Assembly: GCA_051362555.1 (NCBI GenBank)
Contig: CM120640.1
Span: 22,802,225 to 22,866,224 of the forward strand
DNA: 64,000 nucleotides
Source of the DNA: Lingula anatina
Lineage: Eukaryota > Animalia > Brachiopoda
Direction: 5' to 3'
A program made the translations under genes and the position numbers. Shown piece by piece: positions 19,708-32,140 of the stretch. The notes under the pieces are model-generated. The model searched no databases. It saw only the letters and a list, made by a program, of their open reading frames with translations, and was not told where the DNA came from. How positions within the stretch are numbered: the stretch's first letter is position 1; each line of letters begins with the position of its first letter.

Positions 19708-20796
19708 ATGGCGTTCTCCATCATTGCAAGAGGCTCGTTAGTTCTTGCTCGTTGTGGTAAATTTTCAGTGGGTCAGGGTAACAAAATTCAGCTTTCTCTC
19801 TTACAAACAGTAAGAACAGTCAATGCAGGATGTCAGAAATCATTTATATCTACAGATAGTGAGGGAGATGGCCCAATACTTTCAGAAAGGGACAGAGATG
19901 TTTCGGGACTACCACCCTACTTGAGACAACGAATGAAGCATGCATATTCACCTGCATGTGTAAATTTGACTGATCCCGAGTCAAAGACGCGTAAACAGCT
20001 CAGGAAGTTATATGGAAAGCATGGTCATAATTCTGGAATAGATCCAGGTAGGAATTCGATGAACGGCTAGTGTATTGACTAACGGCTATAAAGCCAACTT
20101 CTCCAGAAAGAAAAAAAAAACGCTTGTTAGAGGCCAGTTGGCTATTGTCATTTTTGTGGTGAAGGATTCTTGCCAAACCATGTTTTACTTTTGAAGAACA
20201 AAGTTTTAAGTATTTTAAAGGAAATAAGAGTTTGGAAGTATGGGAGTAAGGAAATGTGAGTTAAAAAGAGGAAGGTGCCTAGGGGGAAATTCTAGGGTAA
20301 TGTTATAGTGGGAATCAGGTGTTTGCAATCAGGTGTTTGGTTTAATATAAACATCCAGACATTTTGAGCTTGTGATTGTACAAGCTGCCTCCCTATGCTT
20401 GATCTCAAAAGTCATAGATTTTTCATATTTTTGTCTCAGGTATCATGTGGCCAACTAAGGAAGAAATCCAGGTTTGGAAAGAAGATGAAAAGAGATATGA
20501 GCAAACTCTTTACCAAATGTGGGATGCTCTAGCAATGAAAAAGAAGAAAGAGGAAGACAAGATGAAGCAGAGGTAAGGATGTGATTGTGACCGTTGGCTC
20601 ATGTTTGACCAATTTGTATCAAAAAGACTTATCTGTCTTGCAGGATGTATCCATCTCTATCTATCTCTTTTTTATTTGTTATTATTATAACATACAGACA
20701 ATATATATATTGTGATCACTGTGTCTGCCTAAGTTGCTGACCTTAAAGTTAACAGTTCACTGTATAATAGCCAAACCATATTTAAGTTTTGCTTGA

Positions 20797-20835
<39 letters not shown>

Positions 20836-21845
20836 TAAAATGGGCCATTTCCTTCCGAAAATATACTTGAACATATTATTTTTCTGAAAGATATTTATTA
20901 ATAATATTATTTTAACTATCATTGCATGTAATTTGGTGAGGTTTTACCAATAAGTTCCAGATCATATTTTTGCTTTACTTCAAATTTGCTGGGCTACCTA
21001 GCTTTGTTAGGCTTCCAGTAAAGGTTGCAGGAGTATTCCGGCTGTACTTCAAGAGTACTGCTACAACATATTATGGTTTGTAAGGGAAGGCAGGTTCTTT
21101 TAGTAAATTGATATGAGCAGTTTATTTTTTATAAAGATATTATTTACCAGAATGGGCCCATTATGTCAAAAAGGAGCCATACAAATGACTTTTTGTTAAG
21201 TGATTGTATACTTGCAAGCTTTGCTGGCTAGTTGATGATTATAGCCTTATTAAAACAAGTTCTTTTACAATAGAACAGTGTGGCTGGACTGTCAGTTTTG
21301 TGTTAATTTGCCAATTTTTATGTTTGAATTCTTATAGGTTGTCTTTACATATGTAAGTTTTAGCTGTTTTATATATTTATTAATTCATCTAATTTTTTAC
21401 TAATAAAATAAATTGTGCAAGGACATTTAAACTTTTGATTGCACATTTTATAATTTGGCAATTTGTGCTAAAAATCTGAATTTTTTTCAGGATTGAAGAA
21501 GTAGATGCTGCTATGAAAGTGATGGAAATAAGGCTTAAAGAACTTAGAGCTAAAAGAAAGAAGTGGAAAAGGTCAAAGGAAAATTGGAAAGCCAAATTTG
21601 CTGCCAAAGGAGGAATAAAAATGAGCAAGAAATTGCATAAAGCACAGAAATATTTTGGTTTTCCAATTAAGAAAACTGATGCAAAGTACCGCCGTTATCT
21701 GTTGCTTAAAAGCAAGGGCTCTGCTAAACCTGTTGTCAAGTCAGTGAGAGCAGAAAAAGAAAAAGAAGCAGTGCAGTTGTACGCAGAAAGGATGAAAAAA
21801 GACCTTTTGGCAGAAACAAACAAACAGCAAAAAGAGAACATATGA
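19708..21845 (+). CDS. GADD45GIP1: GADD45G-interacting protein 1 / CRIF1 (mitoribosomal mL64); exons 19708-20047, 20440-20572, 21491-21845
   Basis: Mitochondrial-presequence-like N-terminus. KLYGKHGHNSGIDPGIMWPTKEEIQVWKEDE resembles CRIF1 [22 protein letters not shown], followed by a basic coiled coil. AATAAA at 21861. Confidence 0.82.
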
Positions 21846-22035
21846 GTTTATTTTTTGATGAATAAAGACTTTGACATGGTTGATTGTGTTATAGCATAAA
21901 AACAACATTGTTAAAGTATATCTATTCTTAAAATTACTAGTAGCATAGTTTTGTGAAATAACTTATTTGAGCTCCCCTGATAAGAACAAAAAGGGCATAG
22001 TCATATCATCATGTATGTTTTAAAAATTTAAATTT

Positions 22036-22069
<34 letters not shown>

Positions 22070-22825
22070 TACCCAGTGTATTTTTTTCCATTTGAAAATG
22101 ACAGTAATAATAATAATAATAGGTACAGTGGTCCTCGTTAACCCACTTGTCAATATAAACACTGAACACTAACTTTCCAGAATTATTTAACTATTTTTTT
22201 TTCAAAAATCTGTTACATTTGAGGCATACTGATCATTGTTTATCAAAAATATTTACTATTACTTGTGTAGATATACCTTAAATGATAAATTTTGTACTGT
22301 TCAAATTGGAAAATGTGTTTACTCTATACACTTGTGTTTACTCTGTTTTTCATTTTTCAATTGTCTACTTCCAATGTCAGTATTGCTTTTTTTCAAAATA
22401 ATAATAATAATAATAATAGTATCAGTAAATAGAAAAATAGTGAATTCAAAAAGAAACTGTAATGTGAAACAAAAAAGTTTTTGTCTCTCTTCCCTAGGCA
22501 TTTTTCTTGGAAGAACCCTTTTTACTTATTCTTTATTTCTGTGAAAGACATTCTTTACTTTTCACTGTTAGTTATTTTAGAAAAAACTTTTGTTGGACAA
22601 CTTATTGCTAAGCTTCAATTCTGCAAACTAATTATATATAACAGGTGTTAAAATCATTTGTATTAAATTTCAATCAAACGTTCATTATGTACAGACACAG
22701 ACACATTTTCAAGGTGTGATTTTGAACTCCCATAGGCTTGAAGACCTTTGCTAGTCACATTTTCTGAATATCCATAATACTTCTATTTTATTATTAAAAA
22801 TTGATGGTCATTATGCTCTTAAGTA

Positions 22826-23670
22826 TAATGTAATATTGCATCAAATTTGAACAAACACCTATTTTGGGCACTGCCTCCTTGGTGACCATTAAAGAAAAAT
22901 CATGTCACTTACTGTTCTTAAACTTACAAGAAAGAAACACAGGACTAAAATGCAGCCTGAGTTGGAAAAGCAGTCTAATTGGCTTCTTTTTTTGTTGTAC
23001 ATTTTTGTGAATTTTTTATCTTTCACATATTGCCATTTTCAATGTGGGACTTAGACAATTAATCATTATGTAATATTGCATCAAAATTGACAAAAAGCCT
23101 ACTTCATGCACTGTTACCACAAACGTTATGACAAAAATAAAACTGTGTTACTTATCTTTTTTAACTTACAAGAATGATTCTTAGGATTGACATATAGCTC
23201 AAATAAGAAAACCAGCTCTATTGGATTATCATTTTTATTGAATTAATGCAATTTTTTGTGAAATTTTCATTATTCTCAATCTTGCATTTTCTAAGGGTGC
23301 ATTCCCATAGTCCTGCCTACTACAAGCTGTAAAGGGGTAATTAACTTTCGTGCCCGCTCGGCTGACAGCTATTTAGCATGAACCCCCAGGGAGTTAGGTC
23401 GATCTAGTTGGACCGATCTAATCTCTGAGAATGGGGTCTAAGTGTGAAGTAGAACTCTCATGGGCCTAAAGCCTTATGCTTTTACTTTCATCATTATGAC
23501 CTGTTGTGCATAACTAAAATTTGATGTTGACTGCATTTTAGCATAATGTATTATTGCATCAGCATTGACAGTTTCCTATTTTGTGCATTATTATTTTCTG
23601 CTTTTTGTCTGTACATTTGACAGCTTTGCTGCTTTGTTTATAATACGTTCGATGTTACAAGAAACAAATT
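22826..23670. repeat. Decayed ~240-bp dispersed/tandem repeat, three copies
   Basis: ATGTA(A/T)TATTGCATCA...CCTA...GCA(C/T)T...TTACAAGAA recurs at ~22828, ~23068 and ~23546. Confidence 0.65.
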
Positions 23671-24181
23671 TTACTGAATTAGACACCATTCAGAAAATCC
23701 TTATTAAATTCTTATGTTTTTGGAATGCCTATGGAAGGTGAACTGACAGCATTTTCATATCTTGGCTTTGGCTTCTTGGTTACTTTGGCTTCTTTTACAT
23801 CTATTTTTTAACATTTGATGCAATTCAAGATGCTAATTCTCGCTGTTTATAACAAAATTAAAAATGAGAACAAAAACAAAAGTTAATAAATGAAATACGG
23901 AATCCAAATTATACCACTAAGGGCAAAGAATTACAGTAGGTCAGACAGAAACTCAAAAGCTCATTGCGTATTTGTATGGGATTTGCATTTGTTTTTAACT
24001 GAGTAAGTGTAAATGAATGATGGTATCAAATTTCAACACCAAACATTTTGCCGTCATTGTAATCCATTACGTCAGCTTTGACGTTCCGTGCGTAACAAAA
24101 CGTCGTCATGGATATAGAATGAAGGGGAAATAAGCGAAGTGCAGTAAATATTATTTTAATTTTTTGATTTCCAAAACTGAA

Positions 24182-26635
24182 ATGAAACGCAAGAGAAGAA
24201 AAGAAGAAAGATATAAACGAATGGAAAATGATATCAAAACCATAAAAGAAGGAGTTGAAATGATTTTTGACATAATGGACAAAAACCAGGCAGCGTTGAA
24301 GAAAATGAGTCACCTCAGTAATAACACAGAGACCCACATGGATACTTTGACAAATAGTCTGGAACATCTTATTAACAAACTCGGTAAGCGTGTAGGCAAG
24401 AACAGCAACATTACAATCTCAGATAAAATGTTTACTATTCTACGTAATGTAGCCAGGGATGTAATGAAACTGATTAGCATTCGTTGTAGTGTATTCCTGC
24501 CAGACTATTAAATATTAGGACCCATATAGGCCTAAGTTTTGTTTTGAATTCCATATAACTATTTTCATTTGCTCGTTAAAATGTGCATATTTTGACGTAA
24601 AGATTCAAGAATTTTCAATGGTAAGCAAACCATCTACCCATCGAATTGGTGAAGGACAAGAGCTTAAAACTGCAGTCGCCTGAATTGCAATATTATTTTT
24701 GGCACTTTCAGCGATCTGTGAGGATGATTTTAACGCAAAAGAACATGCTCGCAAAGCCCTGGAGCATACTTTGGCTGAAAAGCAAAAGGAATGGATGCTA
24801 ACCATTTCAGAACGAGAACTGAAGGAAGAAACTCTTGCACAAGAGATTACACGTTTGAAAAAGGCACTTAGTGAGTTGCAATTACTTTTATGAATTAGGC
24901 CTATTACGAGAATAACTTAATTTCTTTTTTACGGGTATAATACAACTGTAATCATTTTATTAAATACATGAACAAAATGTTAAAGGTAAAATAAAAGAAA
25001 TTTTGCGTTTAAATTATTTTGCAAAATCTTTTAAGCAGTTATATCACAAGAGTTGCCCCGATGAAACCAACATATAGGTTTACAAAGGCTCAAACTTGTC
25101 ATGATTTATAAAAAGTATTTTTGGTTTACGGAGTCCTTACCTTTTATAATGTTGTTTTTTCATAATTGTTATATACAATGTGTCCACTCAGTAGCATAAA
25201 ATCCATTAAAATGATGAATGGCGTGATATTTATTATGCCACAACGTCACTACGTCAAATATAATCATACACCGCTACTTTTGATGGGGTTATCGACCATA
25301 ATTGTTCATTTTTGTGATAGAAGCATGAAACTTCGCCAGATTTTTTATATTAAAGCAATTAATATCTACGGTAATCTTTATCGACTACTAAAAATTTGTA
25401 TAATATTTAATGTATATCTCTGAAATGTTTGACGGACCTACGTTCTGTGACGAGTTTATTATTAGATCGCTTCACTTTGTTTCTGAACATCAAAAGAAAC
25501 ATGAGGAATTCAATATATAGTTTTAGAATTTCTACTGGCTTCTGAGAAGAATTGTAATAATTTTAATCATGACTCGTTTTTTTCCCGTTGCTAAGGACTT
25601 GCTAAAATCAAATTTTAGGTGAACGTCGGATGGAATGCGATGAGAATGTTAAAACCAGCATTACTTCAACCACGTCGTCGAGTAAAATAGATGAAGTAAA
25701 TAAGGTTGGATATTAATTGAAAGAAAGTTTATATTACTACATAAGATTCATATAAAGTATTTGATGTTTCGAAAGGTATGGTGTCGTTTAGTGAGCGACT
25801 GTCCTAGCTCTGAAGATATTAAAAAAAATTCTATGCACCTTGCGCAAAACTAATTGTTGGAGTTTTTCCCCTTTATATTTCTCAATACCCTCCCTCTATA
25901 ATGTAATTTTCCCTGTAGTTTTTAACCTTGCATAACCTGTACTTGTTATTATAATTATTATTTTGCACGCACTGGCCTCGTTGCAAACTCAAAACGCAAT
26001 CTGTCAACAGCGATTCCAAAGTTTGTTGTAACATAATAAAATAACATTTACTAACTTAAAGACAAAGTTCTATGCACACTACTGGTATGAAACAATTTTT
26101 AAGTCTCATCAAAATCAATAGTAAGAGAGACACTCATGAAAAATGCACAAAGAAAAAACATCCAAGGTCCTTACGTAACGTCACATTAGTGTATTTTTAT
26201 TTCCAGACTACAGCAAATACGAATTTAGAAGACATGGCATTTCTCATCCAGGAACGTGATGAACTAAAGCAGAGAGTAGAATCATTGTCAGAATCAGTGA
26301 AATTCTATGAGCAAATCCACGGTCCTGTTCCTGGAAGCAGAAGCGGCGACATGGTGCCATTCAACGTGAACCACAGTTGCAGGCCAACGCTGCTCAGTCG
26401 AGAAAGGTTTACACACCCGGCAGGGAGGTTCCAGTCGGACTCTCTGCTTCCCATGGGGAACGTATTTGGCATTGGTCACGTAGTTACATCTGGTGGGAGA
26501 TCTACAGACTCTGGTGGTAGGTCTACTGCCAGCGTGCCCAGCATGAACAGTCAGGATAAAACAGATAGCATCAAATTTGAAGCTAATAACTCGAAAAAGT
26601 ACTCAGCATGGGGAAGATTGATCTATAGGGCCTGA
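24182..26635 (+). CDS. Uncharacterised coiled-coil protein (~290 aa); exons 24182-24383, 24712-24870, 25619-~25704, 26207-26635
   Basis: Four ORF segments join in frame through GT-AG junctions (phases 1,1,0). Heptad-like charged helices and a Ser/Gly-rich tail. No family recognised. Confidence 0.7.
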
Positions 26636-27006
26636 ATGATGTTTTAAACATGTGATGATGTGATATAGATCTCATCGAAGTATTGCGATCCATTGTTTTG
26701 AAATTTTCAAATAAAATGACAAGAATACAGATGAGAACCGATGCGTAAAAAATGATTTCTTTGGGTCTGATGAATGATTATATATGCTGTAAATGAAATG
26801 CCGTTCTAAGCAAAAACTGCATGTTAACCCAAGGAGCTGAAGAGGTGTATTCACTTCTTTGGTTAATTGAATGATGGTTTTGACACAGATAATCAAGAAA
26901 GCAACGAGAAAATCAGAATTATGAATAATGAAAACTATAAATTTCCTTATGTAGAAGGGGTGATGTGGGGGATCAAGGAATTTGCTGCCGAATCAGTTTC
27001 TTGGGA

Positions 27007-27170
27007 AGTGGCGGATTCAAGTGTGGTGTCAGGGGGCTCCTGATCCCCTCTTCGATTTCTGAAATCGCACTAATATTCCCCTCTTGAAATTAAAATTTTG
27101 GCTAGCTGAATCAAAGTTTTAACCGTACCTAATGGCACCGTTCGCCCTCTAAAATACCAAAAATTTTCGT
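27007..27170 (+). mobile_element. Truncated copy of the MITE at 30854-31076
   Basis: Shares AGTGGCGGAT and CCCCTCTTGAAATTA..ATTTTG.CTAGCTGAATCA.AGTT...ACCGTACC.AATGGCACC...AAAATACCAA with the downstream copy. Confidence 0.75.
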
Positions 27171-27858
27171 TTAGGTAGACCCAGATGGATCGATCTAAAT
27201 ATGTGGGAACCCAGTCTTAGTAATTGAAGATGTTTTGGAAATATTATTCAAATGCCATTTCATTTGAATTTCCATTTCATTTGAATGATAAATTAATATC
27301 AACATGAGTCACTCTACTTAAAACTTGAATGACAAATTATGTTTTTGTATGCTTGAAGCTAAAAAATTATTAATTGGCATAGGCCTACTCGTACTGTAGA
27401 TCTGCTGGGTATAGGCCTACTAGTTAATTAGAGAAAAACTGAAAAAAAAAGTAATCATCTTCCTATGCATTATTCTGTATTTTACATAGCATTTCCGTTT
27501 CTCTATAGCGTTTCAATCACTTCAGGATATCTTTATCCGAGTAAACCCATCTTTTCAGCCGCCTTTTCAACTTAAACCATAACGATGAGCGGAAGAGATA
27601 TCGATCGAGCGAAACTCAGGGTGCTCACCAGCTAATAACCTGCTTAGTTCCGGAAAAATGACACCCCAAAATTTGCTTACAGCAATCTCAGTGTTTGAGA
27701 CAATAACAGATAAGGAAATAAACTTTTAAAGTGACAAATATTTGTGCTGTTTCAATTCTAATTTTAATCAATTTCGACAAAACAATGATCTAAGTGTAAA
27801 TAAACAACCATCATTACTCAAACAAACCAGTCGGAACTAATCTAAACGTTGAGCGAAA

Positions 27859-29404
27859 ATGCCTGCTCCCGTGGTTGCTGTGAACGCCTTGCTGGCTTCG
27901 GGACAATACAAACCACTTCTCGCAATTCTGAAAGGGTTTAGAAATGGCGCAGTGTAAGTTTTTAACACCAATTTCCAGATATGTATTTGACTCAGTTGCA
28001 GTGCAATAAAGGCGAGTAATGAAACTTATTCTTACTTAGGCTGTACCGTACAGTCGACCACAGTACAGTGTAGGTTTGGTAAACTTTAAATGTTGGTTTG
28101 GTATTCACATTGTTATCTCAGTTGCAATTACACATACGTTGAATTTAACTGCTACAATGCTGATATTTCGTTCCAGCTATGGAGCCAAGATCCGCGCCCC
28201 ACACTCTTTGGTGATGACTTTCTTGTTCAGAAGTGGCAGGTGCGTTAGTTGAACCTTGACCTGTGTAAAGCCTCTGCACATTTTGCGGGTTCAAAGATAC
28301 ACGAATACATGTTCAAATACTGCATGTCTGATATTGTGTGCTGCGATATTAAAACCATTGAAATTTCAACAATGTCGTGGGTATTGCCCTTTTTATTCTT
28401 AAAAGAATGCTTGGTGCTCATTAGCAGGAGATAATCCAGGATCATATAGGGAAAAGAAACATGTTCCTCTTTTTTTCCTCTTTATTGATGTTTTGTTCCA
28501 ATCTATGTTACAAGTTATGGCTGGTAAATGGTGCCATGTGGCTACAATAATGTATTAAGATAGTTATGGATTTGTTTCTTCATTTTGAAGCTTTTAAAAA
28601 TTATAGATGGAACTTCCTGAAACAATATATTATTCTCTTAAATTCAGCATCTGAACACACTTGCCAATATTGCTTGCATCACTTTATTTTTCTTTCAGTT
28701 TGTATGAGAAATTTAGGGCAATCCTTGAAGCCACATTTACACATTCCAAGAACCTGGCAAGTTTTGTGTTTGGTTACAAAACAATTACTACATTGTTAAG
28801 GTGGCTGCAGTCAGAGCAAGTTCAGTATCACTCTTTTATAGCTGCTTTTGTCACTGGCTACTTTGTGTTTGGAAAATACAACAAAGTCAATGAACAGGTA
28901 ATTTGATTGTTACATGTATCATATATATACAATAATAAATTACATCATTGTCAATCAGAAGTAAGTAGTAAGAACTTCTTTGTATAATGATAATAATTAC
29001 AGTAGGTAAATAGGGATTTGATCAAAACATCTGAAATATATTATCTAAAAACTACTTAAAATTTCAAGTTGTGTCTGTCCTTTGGTTGTCAGTAACTGTA
29101 AATGAAATGATCTACTGTAGTCATGTTCATCTGTTTTCAGATCAATCTGTATTTGCTGTCTAGGATATTATATGGACTGGCAAAGCTGGCTGTTAAAAGA
29201 AGGTACATACCAGAACCACAATTCTCTACTTTCCCTTGGTTTGCTGCCATTGTTTGGGGAATAGTCCTGTGGCTGTTTGAATATGAAAGAGACACACTGC
29301 AAGGCTCTCTAAGATCATCCATGACTTACCTTTATGATGACAGTAACGTATGGCATGATATCACAGACTTTCTTATATATAACAAACCACCAATTAAAAA
29401 GTGA
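27859..29404 (+). CDS. PXMP4: Peroxisomal membrane protein 4 (Tim17 family); exons 27859-27953, 28177-28239, 28699-28897, 29141-29404
   Basis: LLAILKGFRNGAVYGAKIRAPHSLVMTFLFRSGS, ILEATFTHSKNLASFVFGYK, VNEQINLYLLSR, FAAIVWGIVLWLFEY, TLQGSLRSSMTYLYDDSNVWHDITDFLIYNK. Confidence 0.95.
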
Positions 29405-30244
29405 TGGAGGGTAAAAGTATATATTTTTCTTTGTTTTAAATTGTCCAAAGGTCCAAAAGTGCTTGTCACTGCTATATATGTGAGTAACTTGTTGAAAATC
29501 CCTATATATTACAGGAACTATTTCTGTGGAAAATATTGAGTGTATATAGATTTCTGACAATTGATTCCCTTTTTCATATTATATAACACGAAGTTGTAGT
29601 TGTTTGTATTGGAAAGTTCCAGAAAGACTTTGTTGTACAAAGGACTAAGGTTACTGTATTGTGTTATTGAATGTCTTAATGATGTATTTAAAACTGGTTT
29701 TGAAAAATTCAAAGTAATCATTTCTAGTCTGTGATCATTTCTCAGGGCTGCTTTTCAAGTTGGCATAGTTTTATTAGTAAGCATTACTATATCAGATGTC
29801 AAGAAATTATGCTACTTTTTTATTGGTAATTGATAAGTTGTTAACCAGTACTAATTGTCTATGGTAATAAACATGTATACAAAAGACATCTATAGATTTC
29901 TTGGAGACATCCTTGTGGCACATTACATTTGTTGAATTTTAGTAAATGACACAAGTTTTTAGATTAAATAGGTGTACGTGTTTAACAAGGGAAGCTAATG
30001 GGATGTGTGATTTTAGGTATGAGTTGATGGACAACTCATCGATTATCATTGAATTGGCTATCACATATGTGCAGATGACATCTAATTATACTCTGTGTAT
30101 TTATGAGACTGAGGGTGCAATAACCAAAATGATAAATGCTATGGTTAAATAGGATTTCTGGTTATCACCCAACCACACTATAAACACTTAACTGAAAGAC
30201 TATCTGTACAGATTGGATCTTCCAAAGTAGGCATTTCATCCCAT

Positions 30245-30280
<36 letters not shown>

Positions 30281-30853
30281 TTTAACCATGGATAAACAGA
30301 TAACCAATAAAAAATTGTGCATGCTTCATATCAGAAACCTCACTCTTTGCCAAAAAAAACTAACCAACTTTGCCACTGCCATGGTCATCCATGCTATTCC
30401 TATAACTTAAAAGCTTGATTACTGTAACTCCTTGCTGTAGTGGTTGCAGTATGTGAAGACCAAAGAAGCTGCAAAACATCCAAAGATACAGTATTGGTAT
30501 ATACTAGTACATACTTTATGCAAAGGAATCACTACAGTATGTGCCTGTTGAAGAAAAAATAATTAAAAACTTAATTTCAGATCTTGTGTTAAAATGTTTC
30601 CTTGGCATTTAACAATAGAAAAAAAATGTGTGTGTACTGAGTATATGTGTTTTATAATTATGAAGATAATTTTACCATAAAAAATTACTTTCTAAGAGCC
30701 TTTCCTTTATTGATTTTCCACATGACAGACTGCAGCTTGGTCTGCTAAATTTGTAATTTTGAAGACCTGCAGTTGAGCTGTGCCACATGTACATATTATT
30801 ACTTGTATGTGCCAATTAACAAGGAGTTATAACTCCTTGGTGCCAATTAATAA

Positions 30854-31076
30854 CAGTGGCGGATTTAGAGGGGGGTCCTGACACCCCCTTTAATTTCTGG
30901 TCCCCTCTTGAAATTAGAATTTTGACTAGCTGAATCATAGTTCTAAACCGTACCAAATGGCACCCTTCAAAATACCAACATTTTTCTGGTTCCTTCATTG
31001 GGCCCGAACCCCACGCCAAGTTGGGGGGGGGGGGCGTCGCCTTCGCTTCCTTCAAATAATCCTGTATCCGCCCCTG
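30854..31076. mobile_element. ~220-bp MITE with hAT-like terminal inverted repeats
   Basis: CAGTGGCGGAT ... ATCCGCCCCTG termini (10/11 match). Second partial copy at 27007. No clear 8-bp TSD visible. Confidence 0.7.
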
Positions 31077-31389
31077 AATACTTTCAGTACATGCTAGAGA
31101 ATAACAGGTTGATGGATCCCAATTCCAACCAAAGGGGCAATTATCACAGAAATATACGTAGGCAGATTTAAGAGAATGGAAAGGCGCATACATGTACTTC
31201 CTGTACAGTTTTACTTTTAAAACATGTTGTCATTATTATTAATTTTTATTGTGTATGTAGCCAAAATATGCTGTCCTCCGTTTTAGTATAATGTTGTATC
31301 TGTCAGTGTTGTGGTCCATTCATTGTTTAATTTGAGCGATCTCTGTGATATAACTGTTGAAAAAAGAAGGAATTAAGCTTTATTAATTT

Positions 31390-32140
31390 ATTTAGGCAGT
31401 GCTTCGACAGCCCCCTTAGCCTTAGCAGCTGATTGTCGACCGGCGCGTTTGTTTCATAATACAAAAACAAACAGTGATGTTATCCGCATTAAAAAGGCAA
31501 CTCTTGTTAAATATTGAAATATATAAAGCTCAATAGATTTTATCTAATTTTAATCAAGTAATTTTGTGTATAAAACCCCTTTTGAAACTAGGGTTTCAAG
31601 ATGATAATTGATCTGCGCATGCGCAAAAAACTTTTAGAGTATTCTGGGATAGAAAAGTTCTTTGTCAGCGGCACATTGTGAAGGGTTCAAACTTTTCTTT
31701 TCGCCCATAAGTGAAGGAAAGTGCACGTGGCCAACAACAAAGATTAGCAGGTAAATATGAGCACAGTACCGAGATAATATACAGACTGGTTTAAAAAAAG
31801 GAAAAAATTGTTTTGTAACCTTTGTGAAAGTTTCGCGGATTATCCGAGAGATCAATAACAACCCAGTGTCACTGCGCAGTGGCAATGGATCAAGGTGATG
31901 GGCATTCCGAAAGCTAACTAACATGAACGTAAACAGGGCCCTGTGCTAGCTTGCAGTTTGTGAAACTATTACCATACTTTGTGGGAATCTTCACATAACT
32001 TGTGTTGAATCTCGAGGTGTTATTTTACGTCGCGTTACCATTTTTAGTCATGATGACTTCAAGTTCCATGTCTTCACGATCCTAACCAGAAGTCGGCACA
32101 GCTGCCGGTTGACTGCGTACAGTATACACGCAGGTGAACG
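31390..32140 (+). promoter_or_regulatory. CpG-retaining probable promoter and first non-coding exon of the MYT1-family gene
   Basis: Local CpG enrichment, perfect NRF1 palindrome TGCGCATGCGCA (31614-31625), CACGTG and CAGCTG E-boxes, candidate donor CAG|GTGAAC at ~32133. Confidence 0.55.

Noticed and set aside
30816-31193. 125-aa minus-strand ORF
   Set aside because: It overlaps a non-coding MITE, has no splice support and shows no transposase motifs.
31600-31850. AAAGTT motifs as MYT1 autoregulatory sites
   Set aside because: The motif is too frequent in AT-rich DNA to be informative.
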